Assembly: GCA_043228905.1 (NCBI GenBank)
Contig: JBHGNT010000018.1
Location: forward strand, 14,756,001-14,820,000
Origin: Azolla caroliniana
Lineage: Eukaryota; Plantae; Polypodiophyta
DNA: 64,000 nucleotides
Reading direction: 5' to 3'
The position numbers and the translations under genes were made by a program. Positions within the stretch are counted from its first letter, which is position 1, and each line of letters starts with the position of its first letter. Below are positions 35,351 to 46,355 of this stretch, in pieces. The notes under the pieces are model-generated. The model had not been told where the DNA came from. It ran no database searches and worked only from the letters and a program-made list of their open reading frames with translations.

Positions 35351-38300
35351 AGTACCCGGCTACGGAGAGCCGGATGGTGTAGACCCGGTGAGAACCGGAT
35401 GAGGAGAACCCGGCTACAGAGAGCCGGATGGCGCAGACTTGGTGAGAACCGGATGAGGAGAACTTGGCTACGGAGAGCCGGATGGTGCAGACCCGGTGAG
35501 AATCGGATGAGGAGACATACTTGTAAATATGTTTCTGAGAGTCCATCATGGCTATATTTGTAAATACCCGAAAAGTCATATTAGTATAAATATGACTTAG
35601 GGCAAACTTTTGATTGTGTGGTTGTCATTCTTGTTGGTGCAAGAAGAGAGAGCACGTAACAGTGTACAGAGAGAGAGAGAGAGAGACAGACAGACGAAGA
35701 GTTCGTATCTGTTCACATCTCTGTTGTAATCGCTGACGGTGGCGAAGATAGCAAGCTCGAGGTTGTTGCCTCGGTGCTCCACCATTGTACATTCTTATAT
35801 AGTGATAGTTTGGAGTCTGTGAACTCTCGTGGTTTTTCCCTCTAAGGGTTTTCCACATTAACACCCTGTGTACTCTTCTCTCCTTTGTGTCGTGCATTTT
35901 TTTTTTCATTTCCCGTCTTCTGTGTATGATTCTAAGCTCGGTTGAGGCCGAGCATTGCGCATACGGAGCGTGCAGTTCTTGTCAAAGTGGTATCAGAGCG
36001 AAACGACACAGAAAATGGACGATTCGTTGGGAGGCATGTTCAAGCTCACCGGCTCCAACTATTCGGTGTGGAAGTCGAAGATGAGGGACATGCTCGTGGT
36101 TAAAGACCTCTGGCTACCGGTTCAGTTCGGGGACAAGAGATCGGACAAAATCGACGCCCCGATATGGGAAGTAATGCACATGAAGACAACGGTGTACATA
36201 CGATGCTTCATCGACATGAGCCTATACAACAACTTCAATGAAGAGAGCAAGGCTCATGAGCTCTGGGAGAAGATCGACATTATGTTCCAGAACAAAAATG
36301 TTGTTAATCAGGTTTCGGTATTCCGGAAGCTAGTAAGACTCCGGTACCAAGATGGCTCCAGCATGGCGGACCACATGAATGCCTTCCAGGGGCTAATACA
36401 CCAGGCAACATCATTGGAAGTACCTCTCGCCGAAGAGGTACTAGCACTACTCCTGCTCGGTTCCCTCCCAGATAGCTGGGAGACGTTGGTTGTCACCTTG
36501 GGCAACGCCGGGCCGGAAGGGAAACGGTTATCCCTACCAAGAGTAAAGTCGAGCTTGGTAGATGAGGAGGCGCGTCGGAAAGATAAGGATACGAGCTCTG
36601 ACTCCAAAGCGCTCCTCAACGAATCGGAACGCGGAAGACAAAGGAACCGTAGTCCCCAGAACCGGGAAAAGTCGGGGACACGGTCAAAGTCAAGGGGGAG
36701 GCCTACTTACTTCTATTGCGGCAAGCTGGGACACTTCTAGAAGAACTGTCGGCATTTCCGAAAGGACAAGGAAACTGACGGTACCGATTCGAAGCGGATA
36801 CCGGACCGGAATGGTAAAGACTGGAGGGGAACGGACTGGAAGGGGATGACGGCAATCGCGGCAAGTGAAGAAGAGTTGATGCTCATCACCGAGGAGAGTG
36901 AGATAAGCCTTGCCGGCGACGAGATGAACTGGGTGGTCGACTCCGGAGCATCGTTCCACCTTACCCCGGAACGTAAATGCTTCTCATCCTACTCAGCCAG
37001 TGATCACGGCTGTGTCCGGATGGGGAATGAAGGAACATGCCGAATTGTCGGCATAGGAGACGTGTGGCTAACAACACCAACCGGATGCAAGCTGCTGCTG
37101 AAGGATGTCCGACACGTTCTGGAGGTTCGTCTGAACCTAATATCAGCCGGTCGGCTAGATGATGAAGGCTACATGGGTAGTATCCGGAACGGTGTCATGA
37201 AGTTCAGCAAAGGGAGCCTGATTGTGGCTCCGGCCCGGAAGGTAAACACCCTGTACCTGATGAATGCCCGGTTATGTTCGGAGGAAATGAACGTGGCATC
37301 CGACACTGCCGGTGAGTTGTGGCACAAAAGGCTGTGTCACATGAGCGAGAAGGGGATGAAGAGGCTTGTAGACGACAACCTCATTCTAGTGAAGAACGTG
37401 CACTTGGAGAAGTGCACTGATTGTCTGGCCGGTAAGCAAAACCGGACCTCCTTCCGACCAAGGCCACCGATGAGACGTAATGCGCCACTGGAGTTGGTAC
37501 ATATTGATGTGTGTCAAGTGGATACGAAGTCACATGCCGGATCACAGTACTTCGTGACGTTCATAGTTGACCACAGCTGGAAGCTGTGGGCCACACCGTT
37601 GAAGACGAAGGATTAGGTGTTATCCGTCTTCAAAGAACTCCACGCGAGAGTGGAAAGAGAAACCGGCTGGAAGCTGAAGGCGGTTCGAGCAGATAACGGA
37701 GTTGAATACCGGGGGCAGTTCGAGGAGTATTGTCGCTCGAAGGGAATCGGGCTCGAATTTACCGGTCCGAAGACGCTAGAACTAAACGGGCTGGCCGAGA
37801 GGATGAACCGGACCATAATGGAGAGGGTCCGGAGTATGCTGGCGCATGCAAAACTACCCAAGAAGTTTTGGGCTGAGGCACTATCGACGACGACATATGT
37901 GATAAACAGATCACCCTCAGTACCCTTGGACGGAGACACGCCACAGAGAGTCTGGACTGGTAAGGAAGTGTCCTACCGGCATCTAAAGGTATTCGGGTGT
38001 CTCACGTACGTGCATGTAGCTAAGGACCGGAGAGGAAAGTTAGATCTAAAGACCCGACCATGCATATTCCTCGGTTATGGCGATGATGAGTTCGGCTACC
38101 GAGTGTAGGACCTGGTCGACAAGAAGGTATTCCAGAGTCGAGATATTATCTTCATGGAGGACAAGACGCTCGCCGACTGGGAGTCGGAGAAGAAGATAAT
38201 GAACTCCGAGTCGACCGGTAAGGATCGATTCTACGATGAGCAGACCCAACCGGCAAGAGATCGGTTAGCACTCGAGGAACTAGCCGGTTACGGTGAGGAT

Positions 38301-39889
38301 ACCGAACCGGCAGAAGAAGAAGTAGAGGAAGCTGAAACCGGAACCGGCCAAGACCCCGAATCAGATTCGGATGAAGAACAAATGGAGGAGCCGGTTACCG
38401 AAGCCCAGAGACTGAGATATCCTCTCAGAGAGAGAAGGGCCCCCCGGAGATTTCCGGATGCAGAGCATGTGCTGCTAACCGATGAGGGGGAGCCAGAAAG
38501 CTTCGAAGAAGCGAAGGATGACACCTACAGCCGCAAATGGTTAAGTGTCATGCAGGATGAGATGGATTCCCTGCATGAGAACCATACGTACGAATTGGTG
38601 GAGTTGCCGAAAGGAAAGCGGTCACTCCGAAATAAGTGGGTGTACAAGTTGAAACCGGGAGATGCCGGCAACCCCCCAAGATACAAAGCCAGGATCGTGG
38701 TGAAGGGGTTCCAGCAGAAGAAGCGCGTGGACTTCGACGAGATATTTGCCCCGGTAGTAAAGATGACCTCCATCCGGACGATGCTGAGTATAGCGGCAAG
38801 CATGGACCTGGAGGTAGAGCAGCTGGAAGTGAAGACAACATTCCTTCACGGTGACCTCGAAGAGGAGATCTACATGCAGCAACCGGAAGGATTTGTGGAG
38901 AAAGGGAAGGAGCACCTGGTATGCCGGTTGAGGAAGAGTCTGTACGGATTGAAGCAGGCTCCTCGACAATGGTACCGGAAGTTCCACTCCTTCATGGCCG
39001 ATCAAGGGTACCACAAGACACAGACCGATCACTGCGTGTTTGTGAAGAAGTTCGAAGGAGGCGACTTCCTAATACTCCTTCTGTACGTGGATGACATGTT
39101 GATCGTCGGACGGGACCAAGTCAAAATACGGATGCTGAAGAAGGCTCTTAACCAGACCTTCTCAATGAAAGATTTGGGTCTGGCAAGACAAATGCTGGGG
39201 ATGCATATTATCCGGAACTGGTCAGTGAAGTAATTGTGGCTATCACAGGAGAAGTACGTAACAAAGGTGCTTCACCGGTTCAACGTGTCAGATGCGAAAC
39301 CGGTCGGATCGACACTTCCCGCAAACTGCAGGTTATCCGGTAAGTAAAGCCCGAAGAAGAAAGCAGAAAAGACGGATATGATGAAGATTCCATATGCCTC
39401 TGCCGTCGGGAGCTTAATGTACGCAATGGTGTGTACCGACCGGATATAGGATACGCAGTCGGAGTGGTGAGCCGGTTCATGAGCAATCCCGGCAAGGAGC
39501 ACTGGAACACAGTCAAATGGATACTCTGGTACTTGAAGGGCACTTCACATATGTGTCTCCGATTTGGCTCCGGAAAACCTCAACTTGACAGTTTTACCGA
39601 TTCGGACATGTTGGCTGATGAGGATACCAGCCGGTTTACATCCGGGTATGTAATGACATATGCAGGGGGAGTTGTTTCATGGCAGTCGAGGTTGCAGAAG
39701 ACGGTTGCGTTGTCAACCACGGAGGCGGAGTACATGGCAGCTGTGGAAGCCGGCAAGGAACTATTATGGATGAAGGACTTCATCGGAGAGCTCGGTATCC
39801 GGCAAGATGAATACCGGCTCTATTGCGACAGTCAAAGTGCCATCCACCTTGCTAAGAATGCGGCCTACTATTCCCGGACGAAGCATATT

Positions 39890-40283
39890 TGTTACCGGCC
39901 GGCAAAGGAGTCCAAAGTGGGAAACGGGGAGTTATTTAAGTAGTAGGAATGTGGTTGTAATTAAGTTATGAGTGTGGACGGACGGACCGGAATCAGATGG
40001 CACCGTTTTGTAATACAGGCCGGAAACCTATTTAAAGGCCCGGATACAATGTAATGAATAGCGGTTAATTAATAAAGCTTAGTGTTGTTATCTCTCTGTG
40101 TTAATTGCCGTTCTGCCTTAATTGTTATATCTTACGCGTGTGATTATGAAAGACGATCATGCTAAGTAACTTAATTAAGTCGGATTAATCGTTGAGTCTA
40201 ATCCTGCTTCCGTAACACCCTTTGGTGAAGTGTCTTCCGTAGACACCCTGTGTTAGGCCATTGTCCGGCCCTAAGAGTTAACA
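39890..40283 (+). mobile_element. Solo LTR X, copy 1 (394 bp)
   Basis: TGTTAC...GTTAACA. Flanks ATATT and CTCCT. Inverted repeat of 40718-41151 with a 40-bp deletion. Confidence 0.9.
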
Positions 40284-40717
40284 CTCCTCATCCGGTTCTC
40301 ACCAGGTCTGCACCATCCGGCTCTCCGTAGCCAGGTTCTCCTCATTCGGTTCTCACCGGGTCTGCGCCATCCGGCTCTCCGTAGCCGGGTTCTCCTCATC
40401 CGGTTCTCACCGGGTTTGCACCATCCGGCTCTCCATAGCTGGGTACTCGTCATCCCCTTTCGGCCTCGGCCGAGTTTGCTCGTCAGCATTGTTCTTCTTC
40501 CTTCTCATCCGGAGGGACATGTTTCCTAACAAACTCCCCCTTCACTCTGGCATGGGATGTCTTACTAGTCCGACTCGCTTCCGGCATGCATCCAGGTTGT
40601 CGGGTATCAATACTTTGGTCAGCATATCTGACCCGTTCTCGGCCGTGTGGATCTTCGTCAACGCGAACTCCTGGTCATCTACTCTTTCCCGGATCCAGTG
40701 ATACCTTTGCTGAATAT
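40284..40717 (-). other. Inverted segment: copia C RNase H end, PPT and first part of the 3' LTR
   Basis: The minus strand reads IQQRYHWIRERVDD...HPMPE, the PPT GAAGGGGGAGTT and the LTR start TGTTAGGAAAC. This continues the + strand TKHI at ~39889. Confidence 0.95.
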
Positions 40718-41151
40718 TGTTAACTCTTAGGGCCGGACAATGGCCTAACACAGGATGTCTACGGAAGACACTTCACCAAAGGGTGTTACGGCAACAGGAT
40801 TAAACTCAACGATTAATCCGACTTAATTAAGTTACTTAGCATGATCGTCTTTCATAATCACACGCGTAAGATATAACAATTAAGGCAGAACGGCAATTAA
40901 CACAGAGAGATAACAACACTAAGATTTATTAATTAACCGCTATTCATTACATTGTATCCGGGCCTTTAAATAGGTTTCCGGTCTGTATTACAAAACGGTG
41001 CCATCCGCACCTGTTCGGGATCGGTCCGGATCCGGAACGGCATATCGATTCCGGTCCGTCCGTCCACACTCATAGCTTAATTACAACCACATTCCTACTA
41101 CTTAAATAACTCCCCGTTTCCCACTCTGGACTCCTTTGCCGGCCGGTAATA
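40718..41151 (-). mobile_element. Solo LTR X, copy 2 (434 bp), opposite orientation
   Basis: Reverse complement of 39890-40283. Flanks AATAT and AGGAG. Confidence 0.9.
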
Positions 41152-41659
41152 AGGAGAACCCGGCTACAGAGAGCCGGATGGTGCAGACCCGATGAGAATC
41201 GGATGAGGAGACATACTCGTAAATATGTTTCTGAGAGTTCATCGTGGCTATATTTGTAAATACCTGAAAAGTCATATTAGTATAAATATGACTTAGGGCA
41301 AACTTTTGATTGTGTGGTTGTGATTCTTGTTGGTGCAAGAAGAGAGAGCACGTAATAGTGTACAGAGAGAGAGAGAGAGAGAGAAACAAACGAAGAGTTC
41401 GCATCTGTTCACATCTCTATTGTAACCGCCGACAGTGGCGAAGATAGCAAGCTCAAGATTGTTGCCTCGGTGCTCCACCATAGTTTGGAGTCTGTGGAAT
41501 CCTGTGGTTTTTCCCTCTAAGGGTTTTCCACGTTAACACCCTGTGTACTCTTCTCTCCTTTGTGTCGTGCATTTTTTTTTTCATTTCCCATCTTTTGTGT
41601 ATGATTCTAGGCTCGGTTGAGGCCGAGTGTTGCGCATACGGAGCGTGTAGTTCTTGTCA

Positions 41660-43741
41660 AATACACCGCCGTGCTCTACCCACCCGAAGCTCAGCTTCCA
41701 CGCCAGCAATTGGCGCTCCCCGCCCCGCCCCCGAAACATAAACGATGCCGCACGTTGCCTCACTAGGAGTGGACTTAGGCTGAGAGCCCTGTAGGATCAA
41801 CAACTCACGGAGGGGATTCACACTCCGAGGACGAGTCCAGGAGACACCAAAGCTCACCTCTCCTCGCCCTGATCAAAACACGAGCACACAGGTTGCAACA
41901 CCTCGCTCCGGAGGACCACAACTGAAACGCGGCCATGAGGAAACATCCTCACCTAAGCCAGATGCCACAAAATGCCACCTTACATACCAGGACTACGCCC
42001 ATCAACTTGACCATTTGGGAGCGACAACAACTTTGTTGGTAGCACCAGATATGACACTCGTGGTCGTTCCTGGCCACACCAAAAAGGGCGAGGCGTCGAA
42101 ATTTTCTGAAGACGACGTCTTCACGCTGCGAAACATGCTTGCCGAATATTTTGAACTAGGCGCTTTATTGCAACATGGCACGACATACTAACTCATTGAT
42201 TTCCTGGCCAGATTATAAGTAGCTGTTGCGGCCCGGATGGCGCAAGAAGATGCCGAGCAACAAGTAATTGAAAGGGCCCTTGATAATGAGCCTGCTTCGG
42301 ACGACAAGCCGAAACTCCAAAAAGTCAGCAGAAAAAGGGCAACAAAGAAATGACACACCCGTATTGAGCTCCCTAAGCTCAATACAACATTAGTCGAAAA
42401 TTACAGAGAGCTCGACCACGTAACACGCATGGCTAAGGATATGGCCGCAAACATTAAAATTGCTCGTCAACAGGCCAAAATAGCAACAGAGCTTTGGTAG
42501 AATTCGGAAACGCAACGAGCCGAGTTAGAGCAAAAGCTTGGTGTGGTGCCTCTCACACCAGCACCAACTCTCCCACCCCCTTCTTCAGACCAAACAACAG
42601 AAACGGAGCCCCCCGCACGACAGCAGCAATGGCAACCCAGACATCGCCCACAACCTATTTCAAATTGGTAGGCACACAAACAGAGGCCGACGACGCCACG
42701 ACGATATAAAAACTAGAAGAAGACATCATCACATACAAAGCCATCGCCAATAAAGCCAAAGAACAGCTGGACGAAGCTTGTAAAGCCACTGATCAATGTG
42801 AAGTGGCGCTCAGGAAAACCATCGCGGAACAAAGCGCGCAAATGCGGGATGCGGATGCCAAAGTCATGACCGCGATCTCATCATTTCAAGATATAGCGAC
42901 AACGTAGATCACGGTGGTAACAAAAGAGCTGAAAGAAATGCAGGCAACGTCAGCTATGTTTTTGCAGAAGTTTGAAACAACCGAAAAGGAGTACTCACGT
43001 CTATACAATGAGCTCCTCGAATATCAAATGACAACTATCTTAGAACGCAAGGCTAAGCACAAAAAGCACATACAGGCCTTAGACGACGCCTGCGCCGAGT
43101 TCAGCCACGAAGTCGACAAGATAACGGCGGAAACAGAAGCCAGGGTTTAATCAATGAACACAACATATGAAGTAATTGTGACCCAATTACGGCTAGAACT
43201 CGAGCAAACTAAACAAGATAACTTGGCTCTTCAAGCATTGCACGATGAAAGGGAGAACCGAACCAACACATTGGTTATGAAGCAATGCCAGAAATTGAAT
43301 CGCAAGATCGACGACACGCTCGACGCCGGATGGAAGAAATGGTCGGCTCAAGCAGCCGAATTACAAGTTTTACGGGTGGACGCCAAGAATCGTCAGAAAG
43401 AAGGCAAAGGATTTTTTAAAATGGACAAAACGAGCATTGGTATGATCCGAGAAGACCTCGAGGAGGATTTCTATGCCCTCGCCGATGGCCACACAAAAGC
43501 CATTTCCGTGCTCCTGGAGGAATTCAACGACGATCAGATGGTGTTGCTGATCGCCGCTGAGCAAGCCATGGACATTACACCAACCGATAGCGACGAAGGA
43601 CCAAGCAAACTAGTTATAGGCACCTCCCTGAACGATCAGAGCAACGAGCCAAGGGACGAAGGAAGCAACGATGTATGGTCTGAACCAGAGACCGTAACAG
43701 AACCAGCGGAGGGCATCCTCCACATCCTCACGGAGGATTAA
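41660..43741 (+). pseudogene. Degenerate Pro-rich and coiled-coil ORF, antisense to the adjacent Tat-like LTR element
   Basis: ORFs 42914-43150 and 43154-43741 share a frame and are rich in E/K/Q/L heptads. Upstream PPEAQLPRQQLALPAPPP. The 5' part is cut off by copia C. Confidence 0.65.
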
Positions 43742-43817
43742 TTGTCCTTTAGATTTTCTTTTCTTTTTCGATTTTGAATTTTGTGTTTTTTTGTGCGTTC
43801 GACATGCCACGACACTG

Positions 43818-44342
43818 CCCCACGGGCGTGCTAGGTGTTGTTTGTGGGACTAAAAATGTAATATCATTTGGAAACCGTATATGTAAATACCTAGAAAGAA
43901 TCCTAATACGAAAAGTAGGTAAAAGTAGGTAAACGAGTCATACGCAGCCGAGGAAAGAGTAAGTACACGCGCCAAAGAAGTTGAAGACAATAAACTATAT
44001 AAGAGAAGAAGTTGAAGACAGTAACAGAGATATAGAAGGATCAGAATAGAATCAGACATATAGTCTAGAGTGACAGAATTAATCCGGCATATAGCCGTGA
44101 GCATGTAATTCATGATCTATTTAATATAACAGAGTTGGGTTTTGATCTGTGTTTTCGTGGTATTTCCGTAATGCCACAGAGTGAGTTTTTCTATTTCGTG
44201 CACTAAGTACTGTGTTTCATCGGTGAAGGTGTTGTAAACTCCTCGCCATTTATCAAGGGTAACTTGGGGACTACTTGTACCACGTCTCTTGGTCCGATTC
44301 CAAGCAGGGATCAAAGGTGTTGCTTCCAGATAGGCGGTAACA
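43818..44342 (-). mobile_element. 5' LTR (43839-44342) and tRNA-Arg-like PBS of a Tat-lineage gypsy
   Basis: Minus-strand LTR TGTTAC...GTCCCACAAACA followed by TAGCACGCCCGTGGGG, resembling the Arg(UCU)-type PBS TGGCACGCCCGGTGGGA. Copia sequence resumes at 44343. Confidence 0.65.
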
Positions 44343-44603
44343 CATAGTTGTTTATATGATCAATAGGTCTCCCTCAGTACCATTGAAAGGTGATTTCCCA
44401 TAGAGGGTGTAGACCGGAAAGGAAGTCTCCTACCGACACCTGAGGGTGTTCGGACATTTGGTGTATATGTATGTGGCTAAAGATCGGAGGTTGAAGCTCG
44501 ATAGTAAGTCGAAACCATGCATATTCATGGGGTACTGGAAGTATGAGTTCAGCTAAAGGTTGTGGGACTTAGTCAATAAGAAAGTAGTGAGGAGTTGGGA
44601 CGT

Positions 44604-45410
44604 TGTCATGCCTTTTGGCACCGGATCGTTGCGTGAGTCGGGTGGAAACCGTTGAGGTTATAGACTAGGAGGAGGAGAGTTTTAAGGCTAATAAGAATAT
44701 GAGTATATTATAAGAAAGAGATAAGAAAAACCTTGTAAATCCTACAAGTGTATTGTATTATATTATTCAACGCTTAGAATTCTAATAGTAAATTGGATTA
44801 GATTAGAAAAGATAGATCGAAAATTGGGAATTCCCGAATTTAGTCAATTAGATCAATATTTAGAACCCCAAATCAACAACAACCCTTTACAATTTGCTCC
44901 CCTATCCTTATATAGTGATGGGAGAGTCTAAGTTTACCACATACAAGCATCATGCCTTTTCTAACTCTAGTGTACATGCACACTACATGTCCATCATTAA
45001 CTTTTCCCATCATGCTTTTGCTTTAACTCAAGTGTTCATGCACACTACATGTCCATCATTAACTTTTCCCATCATGCTTTTGCTTTAACTCAAGTGTTCA
45101 TGCACACTACATGTGCATGGTTAGCTTTTCTATCGCAGTTTTTCATTTAACTCGAGTGTGTATGCATGAATAGCTTTTTCTATCATGCTTATCTAGAATA
45201 TTTACATGGGATAAAGTTTAGTATAACTTAAATACTCATAATGTGCTAGTATAATGGAAAGGCTTGAAATTGTTAACATGGAGGTATAGGGTTCAAATCT
45301 TGCCCTATGCATGTAATATAATTATTTTAGTATTTTCTCCTATTTCTTTATACTTAGTCAATTGGATACTCCACACATATTTTACGTAGTGAACAAAGTA
45401 CACTATGACA
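44604..45410 (-). mobile_element. Solo LTR (807 bp) with a 4-bp TSD
   Basis: TGTCAT...ATGACA. TSD ACGT (44600-44603) and ACAT (45411-45414). The host frame WDV|VFLEDK is restored on removal. ~62-bp tandem repeats at 44950-45190. Confidence 0.88.
45240..45305 (+). other. tRNA-like A/B-box remnant in the solo LTR
   Basis: TAGTATAATGG at 45247 ... TGGAGGTATAGGGTTCAAATCTTGC, similar to TGGAGGTGTAGGGTTCAAGTCTTGC in the gypsy copy 2 LTR. Confidence 0.55.
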
Positions 45411-46355
45411 ACATTGTCTTCTTGGAAGACAAGACGATTGAGGACTGGAAGCAACAGAAGTCGGAATCAACTTCCTAGTCAACTCCCACTACCATAGACT
45501 TAAGGTGAATCGAACCGACACAGTTGGCTATTTGGAGATAGCCAGTTGGCACATCCAAATCCGAGTCGGCTGACTCGGAGCAACCTACCAACACAGATGA
45601 GTCGGAGTTGGCGAACTTATTGAGGTCGATCGAGGAATGCGAGTTGGAATCAACAAACCCTCAATGACCAATCGGCACATATGAACCTGAGCCGAGAGAA
45701 GAGTCAGTAGAAACATCTGAACTAGTGCCGACAACGAGTGGAAGGAGATACCCACTTAGAGAAAGGAGAGCACCAACGACATATGCCAGTCAATACATCC
45801 TCTTGACTAATGAAGGTGAGCTTGAGTGCTATGATGAAGCCATTGCCAATGAGCACAAGTCGAAATGGCATAGTGCAATGCAAGATGAGATGGAATCCTT
45901 GCACGAAAATTATACTTACGACTTGGTGGAGCTACTAAAAGATAAGAAAGCACTAGAAAACAAATGGGTCTACAAGGTGAAGACTAGAGAAGTCGACAAC
46001 ACACCCAAATATAAAGCCCGCATTGTGATGAAGGGATTTCAACAGAAAGAGGGTGTTGACTTTGATGAAATATTCGCACTAGTCGTGAAGATGACATCCA
46101 TCAGAACTATTCTGAGTATAGCTGTCAATATAGATTTGGAGATCGACCAATTAGATGTCCAAACAACATTCTTGCATGGGGAGATGGATGAAGAGAGCTA
46201 CATGCAACAACTTGAAGGCTTTGTGGAGAAAGGGAAAGAGAACCCGGTGTGTTGACTGAAGAAAAGCTTGTATGGTTTGAAACAAGCTCCATGCCAATGG
46301 TACAAGAAATTTGAGCCCTTCATGTAGGAACATAGGTTCCAAAAGACATAGGCAG

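Larger units (their letters stand above)
35351..41659 (+). mobile_element. Ty1/copia C (Tork-like): 5' LTR truncated on the left, degenerate gag-pol, 3' end rearranged by an inversion
   Basis: LTR ends at 35984, PBS at 35988-35999, ATG at 36015 (MDDSLGGMFKL). ORFs 36846-37616, 37617-38108, 38154-39233 and 39431-39943. The 3' LTR is the inverted 40284-40531 plus 41152-41659. 54-bp U3 tandem repeats. Confidence 0.93.
44343..46355 (+). mobile_element. Old Tork-like copia fragment (INT C-terminus to RT)
   Basis: VYMINRSPSVPL, ORF 45725-46255 with YKARIVMKGF and LDVQTTFLHG, and many stops. Confidence 0.88.

Noticed and set aside
35355-35515. Regularly spaced CCGGATG repeats (also 7640-7735, 40284-40460 and 55620-55800) resembling a CRISPR array
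   Set aside because: They are degenerate tandem units inside LTR U3 with no unique spacers and no cas genes, in a eukaryotic context.
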